Positions 1 to 16,363 of a DNA stretch of 64,000 nt are shown piece by piece (position 1 is the stretch's first letter; every line of letters starts with the position of its first letter). The stretch comes from the human T2T-CHM13v2.0 reference genome, Homo sapiens, in the NCBI RefSeq assembly GCF_009914755.1, contig NC_060937.1; one strand, written 5' to 3'. Below the pieces are notes generated by a model that searched no databases, was not told the DNA's origin, and saw only the letters and a program-made list of their open reading frames with translations. The translations under genes were made by a program, and so were the position numbers.

Positions 1-360
1 ACTATCAGCATAGAAATGGAAATTAAAACACACTACTAAGTGGAAATTCCATATCTAAAATGTCCTATATCTGCAATGGATAATTTGCTGGATAGGCTGA
101 AAAGCATACTGGTGATGGCAGAAGAAGGAATAGGTAACCTTGAAGATAGAAGAATAGAGATTATGCAATCTGAAAAAAGAGAAAGAAAAATGTGTTTAAA
201 AAATTGAAGAGACACAAAAGGACAAAGGAAACTTTTGGAGGTAAAACATGTTTATTACCTTGATTGTGGTGATAATGTAATGACCGTATGCATATGTCCA
301 AACTAATCAACTTGTGTGCATTAAACATGCTGTTTTTTAAAATGTCAAATACACCTCACT
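1..360 (+). mobile_element. Old L1M fragments (ORF1-like piece and a 3' UTR end)
   Basis: A-rich L1-like text; ccttgattgtggtgat...catatgtccaaact is typical of L1MD/ME 3' ends. Confidence 0.55.
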
Positions 361-371
361 AAAGGTGTTTA

Positions 372-650
<279 letters not shown>

Positions 651-779
651 TTAAAAAAAAATGGAAGACAGCCTCGGTGACTTGTGGGCACTATAAGTTA
701 TCAGGAAGCATGTATTAGGAAGGACAAAAAGAAAGGCAAGAGAGTGAAGAAACTTCAGAAAAAATATTTAATGTTGTCT

Positions 780-3700
780 TCTTAAGATTGGGAACAAGAC
801 AAAGTTGTCTGTTTTTATCGTGTTTATACAGTATTATCCTGGAGATCCTAGCCAGTGCAGTTGGAAAGAAAAGAATAAAAGGCATAGAAATCAGAAAGGA
901 AGAAGTAAAGTCATTTCTATTTACAGAGGTCATAATTGTTTGCATAGAAAGCCTTATAAGAATCTATAAAACAATTGCTGGAACTAACAAATTTAGCAAG
1001 ATTACAGGATAAAAAGGCAATCAAATGCAAGTTGTATTTGAATAAACTAGCAACAATGGGAAAGTGAAAATTAAAGTTCCACTTAACATAGCATAAAAAT
1101 AGGCAAAGCAGACACCGTCACTAGTTAGAGTATGAAGGCATGCAAGAAATAACGGAGCCTAATGATTGCAAAGGAAGCTTTCCACACCTTAATTGGTTAC
1201 CTAAGAAAACTCTAAGGAGTCTGCCATACAATGAATAAAACTAAGGCAAAAATAGGCATAAAGTTAACAAAAGAGATTCATGACTACCACACTTTATGAA
1301 ATAAATTAAAAATCAGAAGAAGTAAGAGTTATATCCTGCTCATGGACTGGAAGAGAAAATATTAAGATGTCACTTCTCTCTACAGTAATACAGATTCAAT
1401 GCAGGCCCGATAGTAATTCTATTGGGATTGTATCTCAGGGAGGATGTGGAAGAAATTGGCACATTGATTTTGAAATTTCTATGGAAATGCAAAGGGACTT
1501 GTATTAGTCCATTTTCACCCTGCTGATAAAGACATACCTGAGACTGGACAGTTTACAAAAGAAAGAGGTTTAATTGAACTTACAGTTCCACATGGCTGAG
1601 GAGGCCTCAGAATCATGGACGAGGAGGGGCAAGTCACATCTTAAGTGGATGGCAGCAGGCAAAAAGAGTTTTGTGCAGGGAAACCCCCCCCTTTTTTTTT
1701 TCTTTAACCATCAGATCTCGTGAGACTCCTTCACTATCATGAGAACAGCATAGGAAAGACCTGCCCCCATATTCAGTCACCTCTTACTGCGTCCCTCCCA
1801 TAACACGTGGGAATTCAAGATGAGATTTAGGTGGGGACACAGCCAAACCATATCAGACCTAGAATAGCTAATAGGAACAAAGTTGCAGTACTTGGTCTAC
1901 AAATTTTCCTGAAATGGGCTCACCCCTGTCTCCTACCACACAGGAAAGTTAGAGATGCATCATAGACAGATCTACATGTAAAACATCTAAAACATGTGAG
2001 TATATCTTCTGAAACTTTGTATGTAGGCAAAAAACTTCTTAGCAAGGACACAAAGCACTAAACATAAAAGGAAAAATTAGTGAGTTAGATTTTGTTAATA
2101 TTAAAAACTTCCATTAAAACTGTAAAAAGATACCACTACATACCTATTAGAATGTCTAAAATCCAGAACACCGAACACCACGTGCTGCTGAGGATGTGGA
2201 GCGACAGGAGCTCTCATGCATTGCTGGTGGGAGTGCAAAATGGTAAGCCACTTTAGAAGACAGTTTGGCAGTTTCTTACACAGCATAACCTTACCATATA
2301 ATCAAGGAGTTGTGCTCCTTGGTATTTACCAAAATGAGCTGGAAACATAGGCACACACTAAAACCTGCACGTGAATGCTTACAGCAGTTTTATTCATAAT
2401 TGCCAAAACTGAGAAGCAATGTCCTTCAGTAGGCGAGTGGATAAACTGGTATGTCCGTACAATGGAATATTATTTAGCAATAAAAAGAAATGAGCTACTA
2501 AGGCATGAAAAGACAGTGGAAACAAATACATATTGGTATGGGGAAAAAGCTAATCTGAAAAGGCAGCATTCTGTATGATTCCAGCGCTAAGTGACATTCT
2601 GAAAAAGGCAAACCTATGGAGATGGTAGAGATCAGTGATTGCCAAGCATTCGGGGGAGGGAGGGGGAATAAATAGGTGGAACAGGGGACTTGTAGGCAGT
2701 GAAGCTACTCTGTATCATACTGTAATTCTGGACACATTTCATTAGATAGTTGTCAAAACCCACAGAATGTATAACACAGTGAACCTTAATGTATGGACTT
2801 CAGTTAACAGTAACGTATTGATATTGGCTTATCAATTGTAACAAATACACCATACAAATGCAAGATGTTCATAATAGAGGAATTCATGTGGGGGAGGATG
2901 TATGGGAAATTGAAATTCTGTTGAGTTTTTGTCAACCTAAAACTGCTTTAAAAAATAATGTCTTTTTTTTTTTAAAAATCTGCTGAAGGAAAGACATTGT
3001 TAAGAAAATTCATAAGCAAACCACAGAAGAGAATACTTGCAATACATAAATCTGACAAAGGCCTTGTATCCAAAATAAAGAACTTTCACAAATCAATAAA
3101 AATAAGGCCAATGACCTAATAAAAATGGGCAAAAACTTGAATATAAATGGCCACTGAGCACCATAAGGTCCTCAGCATTACTAGTCATGGGGGAAATATA
3201 CATGAAACTATGATAAGATGCGGTTTCCCAGCCTCTAGCCTGGCTAGAATTAGAAAGACTGACAATGCCAAATGGTGGCAAGGATGTAGAGTGACTCATT
3301 GCAGTGGAAACATGGAAATGTTGTAATCTTTTGGAAAACAATTTAGCAACTCATATAAAATTAAACCTACATTTAGCCTACGACCTCTACTCCCTAGATT
3401 TTTTACCCCCCAAGAAATGAAGACATACCTCTTTAAGGGGGGAAAAAACAATCAAGTACAAAGAATATCTACAGTGGCTTTGTTTATAACAGCCCCAAAC
3501 TGGAAACCACCAAAAATGTCCATCCACAGAAGGATGAACTTATTTTGGTGTGTTGGTACAGTAAAATACTTCTCAGCAAGAAAAAAAGGATGAACTATTC
3601 AACAACATGGATGGATGCACCTCAAAAACATTATATTGGTCAAAAAAGCCACAGTTTTTTTTGGAGTCTGTTCTTGTGAAGCTCAGAACAGGCAAGCATA

Positions 3701-3830
3701 ATCTCTGGTTGACTGTTAGTGGCAGGCAGAGCCAAGCGACTGGAAGGGTGAATGACAGAACTTAAGATCTTGGAATTTGACTGTATGTTAGTTGTATGCG
3801 AGTAAAATTTAAAAAAAAATAACAGTTGCT
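780..3830 (+). mobile_element. Degenerate L1M ORF2 and 3' UTR fragments (L1MC/L1ME-like), interrupted by a THE1 LTR
   Basis: ORF2-like text (KRIKGIEIRKEEVKSFLF; tacagattcaatgca) and an L1MC-type 3' end at ~2120-2950. Confidence 0.8.
1500..1855 (-). mobile_element. THE1 (ERVL-MaLR) solo LTR, THE1B-like
   Basis: tgtattagtcc...ggggacacagccaaaccatatca is the reverse complement of the THE1 LTR. Confidence 0.92.
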
Positions 3831-3879
3831 GAAACAAAAGAGAGGGATTTCAGATATTTCTGCACCAAATTATGGTAAC

Positions 3880-4050
3880 AATAATAACTAATTTAGCATT
3901 TATGTGCCAAACACTACTCTAAGCATTTTACACCTTTTATCTCATGTAAGCAGCATATGGGTTAGGCATTCTTATTATCTTTGTCTTGCTGATGAGGAAA
4001 CTGAGGCACAAGGAGGCTAAGTAAGTTGTGGATGGAGGTCACACAGCTTT
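3880..4050 (-). mobile_element. MIR
   Basis: gatgaggaaactgaggcac...ggtcacacagc core. Confidence 0.75.
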
Positions 4051-6285
4051 TGTAGGTCTGCACTTGGTCAGTGAGACATGGGGTCTGCTGGGGTGACAGC
4101 TGTGCCACAGTGCCTTTCCTGGCTAATCATGCCCAGTGTCTAAATTGAGAACCTTAAGCCCTTATCGGTGGAAGAAGGAAAGGGAGTATGCATAATATTT
4201 AAATATATGAGATTATGAGTAACATTACGTATTCTATCCTAGATTCAGATGTCATTTGTGTAATTATTTGTAATGCTAATAACACCAAACTTGGGGGTGT
4301 TCCCTGTTTCTCAGCATGATTATGTGATACAGACTCTTCCACACAGTCTCATGTATTTGAACATACACATTTTCAATTGCATGTAGGCAGAATTCTAATC
4401 CTCCTCTATGCCAATTCCTAGCTTTGAAGAGGTTCTCTGAAAATGCTGCTTTTATCTTTCTTCTGCAGTGATGAACTTTAATGTTGGAGTGTTGTAAGTT
4501 CTCACATAATAAGGCTCAGATTTTTGTTTGGTTTGGCAGTAGACTTCTGTTTAAAATTCCTTTAATCTGTTCATTCTATGCTTTTTATATTCATTTTAAT
4601 AACTGATGGCTCTGTAAAGAATTTTTTTTGAATTTATTGCACTAGTTAAAAAACTACTAAAACTTGTACTTAACTATTCCTCCATCTCAACGTTCTAAAA
4701 GTGAGTTTTCCAGTGAATTGCTGAATTTTTATCTTCCCTGGGAGTTGTTCCTCCCCTTCCCCAACCCTGGGGAAATAAGAAACAATTCATATACTAGATC
4801 TAAAGTTTCATTAAAATTGCTTATGCCCTGTCTCAGGCATTTTAAGTGGGCCATCTGTCTAAACATCTCTCTCTCCTTTTTTTTTTCTGATCATTTCCTC
4901 GACTTATTCATGAGCCATGGGAGGGCTCCTTTGTAGTCTCCATGTAGCTGGTTCTGTCTACCCCCACTGAATACATCTATGTGCTTGCATAACATATCTT
5001 TTCACCGTGCTGGAAATTCTCTGAACTTGGTTCAGATGAATGGCCCACTTTCTGAAGGCCTTTTTCTTCCTGCAAAGATTTGTATGCAGAAACTGACCTC
5101 AGTGGCCATGGAATGCAGCATATTATTCTCGATCATTTTACAGCCCACCCACTGTGAAAGTTATGATGAAGCATTTCTTAATGATTCCTTGACCATTAGC
5201 ATTGTTTTAACTCAGTATTTTACTTCTAAAGAGGTGATGGCACAACAAAAACCAGCTTTTTTGAGTGTCTGATAATTATGGTTTAAAATGCTTATAATCC
5301 TTTCTAACTGAAGATGCTGAGAGTTTTTATGTTTATACAGTCTTCTTTTAGCAAATGACTTGTAATAGCAAAGTATTTACTCAAAAGCACCCTTTTGAGT
5401 AAAATATTCCAGTAAGTTAAATGTATTAGTATTAATAGTGACTATCAGCTGACAGTTCTTCACCATCAAATATAAAAAATTTAGTTATGTCGAGCATATT
5501 CATCCTGGCTGGCTGATGATAAAGTGGACAGACCTGGGTTAGAGCTATTATTTTATTTGCTTTGTGAGTCACTGTTTATGTGAGTTCTTTTTTACTGGGG
5601 TTTTTGGTTTTTGTTTGTTTGTTGAAGAAATAACTTAATTGGTATCAGCTTTGCAGGTGACTAATAAGTTGCACAGATTAAATTTTTGGTCAGATGACAG
5701 CATCTTTCACTAGAAATGTACTTCGTTAAAGGAAACTGTATCATTACTATGGTGAGTTGAAGTTCTAAGACCTTTTCCCTATTGTCAGAGAGTTGTTCAT
5801 AAAAATCTTCTTTGAGACTATTTTGAATTTAATGGATCTGTGTAATTCTTTTCTAAACATTTAGCACATAATTGTAGGTAATTGTTACTATCATAAATCT
5901 GTCTGTGCTGGTTAAATTAATAAGAATGTTTCAAAGTAAGTATTATAAATGTATTTTCAGTGATTTTGCAGAAATAGAGCATGCATTCTTTCAGGTTTGT
6001 ATTTTTTAAAATTTATAGCTTATTTCTATTGCAGAGCATATTTATATCTGCCAGTTAACTGGCATATATGCCCAACCCATCCATTTTATTTAAAAACCCA
6101 AACAAAACTAGTTTCAAACTTATGTCAAGCCAGAAGGAATCTTTGCAAATTTTGTTTGTAGAAGAGTGAACTTACAAATAGATTTCACAGTTTCGACTCT
6201 TTTTTGGTATTTAGAGGTCTTGCACAGTGAAGCCTTTTTCCTATATCCTGTTAACATATCACCCTGAAAGAAATTGTTAGAAAAA

Positions 6286-6580
6286 GGCTGGGTACTGTGA
6301 CTCACACCTGTAATCCCATACTTTGGGAGGACAAAGCAGGAGGATCCCTTGAGGCCAGGAATTCAAGACCAGTCTGGGCGTCATAGCGAGATCCACCCCA
6401 TCTCTTAAAAAAAAAGCCAGACCTGGTGGTGGCGCACACCTGTAATCCCAGCCACTCAGGAGGCTGATGCAGAAGGATCATTTGAGCCCAGGAGTTCCAG
6501 ACTGCAGTGAGCTATGATTGGGCCACTGCACTCCAGCCATTGTGACACAGTGAGATCATGTTTCTTAAAAGAAAAGGAAA
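6286..6580 (+). mobile_element. AluJ
   Basis: Dimeric Alu with TSD aaattgttagaaaa. Confidence 0.92.
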
Positions 6581-7319
6581 AAATTGTTAGAAAAGTGCCA
6601 CTGCAGGAGTTAAGTTTGTAGAAGAAGCAGTAGCTTCCTATCACTTGCCTAACTCTGATACACTTTTACAGGTGTAGAAATATTGGTTCAAACAGATTGA
6701 ATAAGTTCTCAGGTACATTGCTAGTAGAACAGGCTGAGATTTAGACCTGGATGTTTTAACTCGAAACCCTGTACTCTTTCCATAAGGCCCCTCCTGGGAC
6801 AAATTATAATATATATGAAACAGATGTGAATCAAAATAAAACAATGGAAAAATAAATAGTACTTAGGTTTTGGAGAGTGGCAACTGTATCTCATCACCAT
6901 CTATAAGGTCCCTTTCTGTGGGAAAATGGGTTCTGGGTTGGAACAGGATGTCAGGATCAGCAATGTTCCAATGCCTCTGGAAGCAGAGACTTGTTACGTG
7001 ATAGAAGAAATTCTCAATCCCTACTCCATCAGGCTGCTACAGTTTGAAAAATATTACAGCATATGACATAGATTAAATGGAAGAAAGATCTCTTGAGTTT
7101 ATGCTATAATTAAGGAACAATTTGTGAGGGAGGCAATATTTTCCTTGAAGGATCTGTTAGTGTGAGAAGCAGAGAGATGAGATGAGGATCCAAAGTTTCT
7201 ATAAAGAAAGAGGTTTCAGTTATAGGGGAAAGTAAGAATATAGGCCGAGAGCCGGGACAACTACTCATAATAAAAGCTATAGCATGTATACACCTAATTT
7301 AATCAACACCTCCCTATCA

Positions 7320-8080
7320 ATGCAGATATTGTTACAATCTTTTATACATACATAAGGAAACTGAGACAGACAGTTTGCTCCGGGTTTTGTGTCAGCTTCT
7401 GTGACTCATCAAGGCCTGAGTTCAAAACCACTGTCTTGCTCTCTGCCTCATGGTAGCTTGGTTTAAGAGTCTGTCCTAACCAAATAGACAAATCAGAGAA
7501 TAAGCAGAAATAAAATTGAATGCAAAAGGTGGGTTCTTACTTTTAAGGCATTGAATGGTAGTTAGGTTAATAAAGATGTAACTTGGTGTGGGGTAGAAAA
7601 CGATCAAATGATCATGAGCAAGATAGTGACATAATTCTTGAGGAAAGCACAGATTCAAGAAAGCCAAGTTGCACGGTCATCTAGATGTGAGGCTGTTTCT
7701 GCAATCACAATACCCCTGTGAAATTGGAGTATTGACCTCATTCGAAGTGAGCAAAATGAAGTCTTAGTGAGATGATAGGCGTAGTCCAGGGACACCCAGG
7801 GAGTATCCAGGAGCTTGGGGCACACAGTCCTGTCACACCTGTGCTCTTGCTCTCCTGGGCAAGTCAGCCTCCCCTTCTACACGTGCTTGGTGCATAGTAG
7901 ACACTCCTCACAGTCTTTTCTACTTATCCCTCATCTCTTTGTCTCCATCCTGTGCCAGGAGCTGGAGATACAAAAATAAGGAATGATTTTGGTCTTTTAG
8001 GAGCCCACAGGACACTGGGAGACAAACATATAAACAAATAAATGCCCTGTAGAATAAAGGTGCTAAGAAAAAAAAGAGGA
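7320..8080. mobile_element. MIR and L2 remnants
   Basis: aaggaaactgagacaga MIR core; L2-like 3' text near 7880-8080. Confidence 0.5.
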
Positions 8081-8996
8081 ATACTGGCACAGAAGCCCTT
8101 TCTTCCCTTCTTCCTTTCTGCTCAGACCTCCTTTTCTTTCCCTCTCCTCCTCCCCTCCCCACTGTGTGTTGTCTCCCTCAACTCCCCTGCACCCCCATTC
8201 ATTCATACTCTTCTGTGTGAGGCTCTATCCCCTGAAACAGTTCTTTTCACACTGCCAGAAAGAATCGTCAAGGCCTGTGTGTACAGTGTGCATTATTGTT
8301 GATGCATTTTTTTTTTACTTTTATTTTTACTTCCATGGTATTTAAAACATATCCTTATCTTCAGAATAATGCAGATCAAGAAGTGGTAGGTCAAATACAA
8401 ATATGTATTTAAATTAATAATATTAATCAGATATTGAATCTAGAGGTGATTGGATTAGAAGCATAGTTTTTGTGACTCTGATTTTTTTAATGCTGAATAC
8501 ACAGAGACTTCTTTTGAAAATTTGGTGGGTTTAAATGAAAACATAACTTGGAACATTTTTTCAGAACTGTGGTTTAAGCTGGAGCCCAGATACTACAAAA
8601 TGCTGATGTTTAGTACTTGGTAAATATTACTTCACAAGTATAAATATGCAATACCTAAATTAGGTTAATTCTGAAATCATTAAATTTTGTTACTTTAAAA
8701 AGTCGTGGGAAACATTTATATTCTAAAAACACTTTTGTCTTTGGCTGCTTGATACGGATTTTCTGAACCATGTAATACTGATAATATGCAAGAAAAGACC
8801 CGTATGATAAGACTAACATTGTTCATAGATATGGAGTCCTTTCTGGGGGGTTTTAGGTGATGGGGAAAACCAGGGCTAGAAAAGAAATAATGTGTAAGTT
8901 TCCAAGATGAGGACTGTGTTTTATTTCTCTGTGGTGCCCCACAATTTAGAGCCAAGTGCTTAGTGTTTGTTGAACTCATAAGTCATTTAGGGTTTT

Positions 8997-9015
8997 GTGT
9001 GTGTGTGTGTGTGTG
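8997..9015 (+). repeat. (TG)n microsatellite
   Basis: Direct reading. Confidence 0.9.
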
Positions 9016-9192
9016 AATGTGCTTTATTTTAGCAAAATTTAGATGTTGTCCTATTATATAATAACATAATAAGTGGGTATCTGAGTAATGTTTAAATTCG
9101 TTTTTTAAATTTCGTGAATTTTTAGTAATAACATTATAAAATAAGTATAGTTTTTTTTTTGTTTTTTTTTTTTTGCAAAAAATAATTATATC

Positions 9193-9492
<300 letters not shown>

Positions 9493-9957
9493 AAAAAAAA
9501 TTATATCCTAGCTAATGTACTAAGATATTTCTCTTCTAATTGACATCATGAAGAAACATTCTATAAGTAGAATAATGTAGAGAGGTTCATTGTTTAATAC
9601 ATTTTTAGTCTCATCACCAGTAAAGAACAAAATGATTCTCTAGGCCACATCATGCTAACTCAGTAATTCATTTTATGTCTCTGAAGTTTAAGGCATGGCA
9701 TACTTACTTATTTCATTGTAATTTTTTTTTAAAAAAACCATTTTGAATAGTAACCAAATATTGAAAAAAACTAATACTGCTTCAGGCAGATGAATTTGTG
9801 AATGACTGTAACAATTAGGCAATTCAAATTCATAGATACATGATGATTCTTAGAGTAGGTGTTTAAAATGTTCGCAAATACATTCAATGGCAGTTTTAGC
9901 CTGTGCATTTTATATCAAAGGGAAATTAGTTTATTGAGAAATAATAATATAAAATTG

Positions 9958-10117
<160 letters not shown>

Positions 10118-11566
10118 TAATCTTGATGTTATCTATGAATATTTAAAGCCATTTTTAACCTGTTCAGTGACTCTCGTCTTTTGAATTTGTAGTACCTCTA
10201 TGTATTTTTCATCTTCTTTAGGAAGCTGAATGGAAATGGAAATTTTTGTTCTCTTATGCTTATTAGGAAATACATTTCTAGATTTAGCCACATCCTAAAC
10301 TCACTTTCTGATACTTGATTCATTTTTCTTTTATGCTGTGAGAAGTAATACTTTTGCCTTTGTTACAGAGAAGAGCATTTTGAATTACAGTTCCAAATGT
10401 ATGATAGTGGTGGTAGGTAACCATCCTTTTAAAACAAATAATCTGAAGCCTCACATAACATTATCTTTAAATCTCATGCTGCAAGACACTCTTGAGGCTA
10501 AATTTACCTTGTGGTGACACTCTTTTTGTTTTGAAGAACTTAAACCCCTTGGATATAGGGTCCAAGATAGAACTGCCACAGTTGGAATTCTAGTCTATAG
10601 TGAACAAGATTACAGTAAGATTTCAGTGTTTATACTGTAGTATGAGTGATATGTTTAAAACTGTGATCCGAGTGTGCCAGAAAAATACCATTAAGAGTTG
10701 CTGTTTTAAGTCGTATGCCTTCGTGTTTTCAGCCTGAACTCAAGGAGGTTGCTATTAATATATAGTTAGTATAATGAATATTCTGTTTATCTACATTTCT
10801 CTTCTTACGGCTAAATTGCATTGAAATGTCATTTTGTTTTGGGGAAACAAGTGAATTTTTATCAGAATATTGAAATAGGATATGAACATCAAAACAATAT
10901 AATTTCACACAAATAAGACCTGGTGTGGCTTGAGAGGGGTACGGCAGTTTCTTGATCTCAGTGAGAAAATATCACAAGTTGAAGATTCATGAGAATTCAT
11001 TCATTCCACAAATAATTGTTGCATGCCTACTGTGCACCAGATCAGTTCCAAGCTGTTGCCCTGGAGAAGCTGACATTCTTGTGTGGTGTCAGACTCACAG
11101 ATCAATGATGTCAGTCCATGAACTAAGGGTAGTCTCCTTGGTTTTCTTTAAATGTTGTGATTCACTGTATACGCCAAAATTGCTGAAACGTTAGATACTG
11201 AAAGATACTTCACTCAGCTCTCTTAAAATGAAAGCTATGATGGAGTTAAACAGCTGTCTCATGAGATCTTGTGTGACTCTCTACATTCCACCTATTGACA
11301 TGGTCATTTCAGAAAAACAGCTTTGTAAGTGCACATTTAACCAGAGATCAGGTTGAGTAGCAAATTATAGGAATTGAATAGTAAAGAGTATCAATATTAC
11401 AATGTAGCATTTTTTTTTCTGGGGGAAGATTAACTTTACAAAAATGTAGAGTTTAGCATAATTTTCAGTTCTATATTGAGTCACCACTGAAGCCTTACTG
11501 TAATCTGATATTCTGATACAATGTTCTTTTAAGTAGTGCCTTACCTTAATAAAGAAAACTGTCTAG

Positions 11567-11888
<322 letters not shown>

Positions 11889-13000
11889 TGCTTCTTTATG
11901 TTTGTTTTAGATTCCATGTTGAAAAGTAGAGACCTCTGGCCTGACTGCATACGTGGTATCTTTCAAATTTTTTTCTGTAGAATTATCTCCAGCTTCACTT
12001 TTTAGCTTATGAGGAAAACAGGGCTGTTTTTAAAACACATCAAAATTAGTGCATTAAAAACTTCCCTGGAAAATATCCACCTTAGTATATAATATCAGAA
12101 ATGATTTCCTATATTTATTGGCTTAGCTACTGTCAGAGCATCAATAGCCCAATGAAAGGCATGTGCACATGATAGTGTAGCCCTTTTTCCTAGGCATATT
12201 TAAATTTAGCTACTTTCATTTGACATCAGTATTATGAAAGGAGGCAGGTTGAACAGCGTGGCGAAGTAAAGGCTCATTGGTAGAAATATTTCAATAGTAT
12301 GGCACTATTGTCTGCTTTTAGGGTCATAGACGGGAGAACTGTGATTGTTAACTTAGTTTCCCAGATCACCCACTGTCACATCAAGAAAAAAATTAGCCTA
12401 CAGGTGACAAGCCAGGTCTGGGTTAATGACTCTGGAGATAGTGCAGGCAAAGGCTTTACTGAGCACACAGTAAAGCTTTAGGTGCCCTACATTTCCAGAG
12501 TTCTTCTGTTTAATTTTTAGGAGTTTAAATTATAAGATATTTCTAATAAGGAAAGTACAGCAGATGTTGCAGATTTTCCATACAGGTCTCCTATTTAAAA
12601 AGAAAAATATATAGATTAAACTAAGTCCTTTCTTTACATCATCCTGTTCCACTTTCTCCCAAGTGGTGGCAGCTAACCTGATGATGCTGTGTGTCCTTTC
12701 TGTATGTGTTGTTAAGACTTTTGGTACAGATGTATACACCACAATAATGGTAAAAAGGAAAGTTGCAACAATATACATACTTAATGGCACCATTTATGTA
12801 AATTTTAGGCAAAGCAATTTCATTTACAATAGAATGAAAAGGACTAAAATACTTAGGAATATATTTGACCAAGGAGGCGAAAGGCTTACACACTGAAAAC
12901 TATAAAATGTTGCTGAAAGAGCTTAAAAAAGACACAAATATATGGAAGGGTATCTTGTGTCAGGGACTAGAAGACTTAATATGGTTAAAATATCAGTACC

Positions 13001-13105
13001 TCTCAGCTACTTGGAAGGCTGAGACAGTAGGTTCACTTGAGCCCAGGAGTTTGTGCCCAGCCTGGGCAACACAGCAAGACTCCATCTCTGGTGAACAAAA
13101 GAAAA
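13001..13105 (+). mobile_element. Alu monomer fragment (FLAM/FAM-like)
   Basis: cagctacttggaaggctgag...gactccatctc; TSD aaat(a/g)tcagtac. Confidence 0.8.
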
Positions 13106-13510
13106 ATGAAAGAAGGAAATGTCAGTACTACCTGAAGTGATCTACAGATACAACGCCATCCCTATCAGAACCCCCAAATACATTTTGTTGCAGATATAGA
13201 CAAATTTATTCTGAAATTCATGCAATTTCAAGGGGGTCCCAAATAGTCAAAACAATCCTGAAATAGAAGAAGAAAGTTGAAAGCCTTATACCTCCTCATC
13301 TCAAAACTTATTACAAAACCACAGTTTTCAAAACAGTGTGGTACTGCACATATATAGACCAATGGACTAGGATAGAGAGCCCATAAGTAAACCCTTGTAT
13401 GTATGGTCAAATGGCTTTTGACAAGAGTTTCTAAAATATTCAGTGGAGAAAAGACAGCCTTTTCAACATGAATAAATTTGGGTCCTTTTCTTACTCTGTA
13501 TACAAAACTA

Positions 13511-13906
<396 letters not shown>

Positions 13907-14114
13907 ACCAGTAGATAACATAGGGGAAAAGCTTCAAGGTATTGGATTTGGCAATGGTTTCTTAGACATGACACCAAAAGCACAGGCACAAAAGATAAAT
14001 TGGACTATGTGAGAGTTAAACACTTCTATATATGAAAGGAGAATATTTTCCCAGAATTTTCATCCCTCCTTTAAAATTTTCCATTCTAAACACTATAAAT
14101 ATATAAATGTTTCA

Positions 14115-14240
14115 TGCAAATATTTTCTCCCATTCTGTGGGTTGCCTTCTTACTCTGTTTTTTTCCCAAAGTAACCACTCTGTCAGAGTACAATCAACAG
14201 AGTGAGAAGGCAACCCACAGAACGGGAGAAAATATTTACA
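14115..14240. repeat. Inverted repeat (arms 14115-14159 and 14196-14240)
   Basis: 45-nt arms, 42/45 complementary, 36-nt spacer. Confidence 0.95.
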
Positions 14241-14258
14241 AATCACATAGATGATAAG

Positions 14259-14573
<315 letters not shown>

Positions 14574-15339
14574 TAAGAGTTTAATATCTGGAATATATAA
14601 AGAAATTTTTCAACTCAATAACAAAAAACAATTAAAAATGGGCAAAGGACTTTCATAGACACCTCTCCAAAGAAGATATACGCATGGCCAATAAGCACAT
14701 GACAAGATGCTCAATATCACTAATCATTAGAGAAATCCAAATCAAACCTGCAGTGAGATACTACCTCCCACCCGTTAGAATGGCTAGTATCAAATAAACA
14801 GAAAATAAGTACCGGTGAGGGTGTGGAGAAGCTGGAACCCTTGTGCACAGTTGGTAGGAATATAAAATGATGTGGTTACTTTGGAAAAAACAGTATGATG
14901 GTCCCTCAAAAACTTAAAAGTAGAATTACATAGTAACCTTAGAAAGTTGGTAATTCTGATATGTGCTATATAACACAGATGAATCTTGAGGACATTATGC
15001 TAGGTTATAAGCCAGGCGCAAAAGGACAAATACTGTACGATTCCACTTATATGAGGTACCTGGAGTAGTCAGACTGATAGAGACAGAAACTAGATTGGTG
15101 GTTGCCAGGGGCAGAGAGGAAGGGGAATGAGGAGTTATTGCTTCAAGAATACAAAGTTTCACTTTTTAAGATGAAAGGTTTTCTGGAGGTAGATGGTGGT
15201 GATGGTAGCAGGAAAATGCAAATGTATTTAATACCACTGAACTGTACATTTAAAAATGGTTAAGATGGTAAATTTTATACGCGTTTTACCACAAGTAAAA
15301 CATACACAAAACAAATCAGTATTTATAATGAAAAACTTA

Positions 15340-15750
<411 letters not shown>

Positions 15751-16363
15751 TTATGTATTTTAGGTCTTTATTCTGATTTCTGAATACAGCTGTCTGAATG
15801 AATGACAGAATTAATTAATAGTATAAAACCTGCTAGACACAAAGTAGAAATATTATTCAGCTTGTCATGGTGATAAGCCGAAAAGTACCCAATAACAAAC
15901 TGATTTTTATTATAATTATTTTCATGATTCCCTTCTGGATTCCCAGGATGTTTTCCATTTCTGTCTTGCTCAGTATAACACAAAACTGGTCAAAATAGTT
16001 TTTGGCCAGGTACAGTGGTGCGCACCTATAGTCCATCCACTCAGGAGAAAATAAGTTTATGATGAATTAAAATATTAACACAGTTAATATCTTAAAGATG
16101 GTGAAAAACTAAATTCATATTGAATGTGATTCACTTGAAAGAAAGAGTTGAAAGAAGAGTGTCAGAGTAGTCCTAATGTATAAGAAAATTAGTTAGAAAT
16201 TTGGCCTTCCTAGCGATGGAAAAAGGAGCACTATACATGCACTTTTTGAAAAATTTTGCCTGATGTTTCATGTTTACTACTAATAAACTAGAAAGCAATT
16301 GTATATGATCCTGTATATTGAATTGTTACAGTGGGCCAATGATAGAAAATTTTGTAAGGACCT

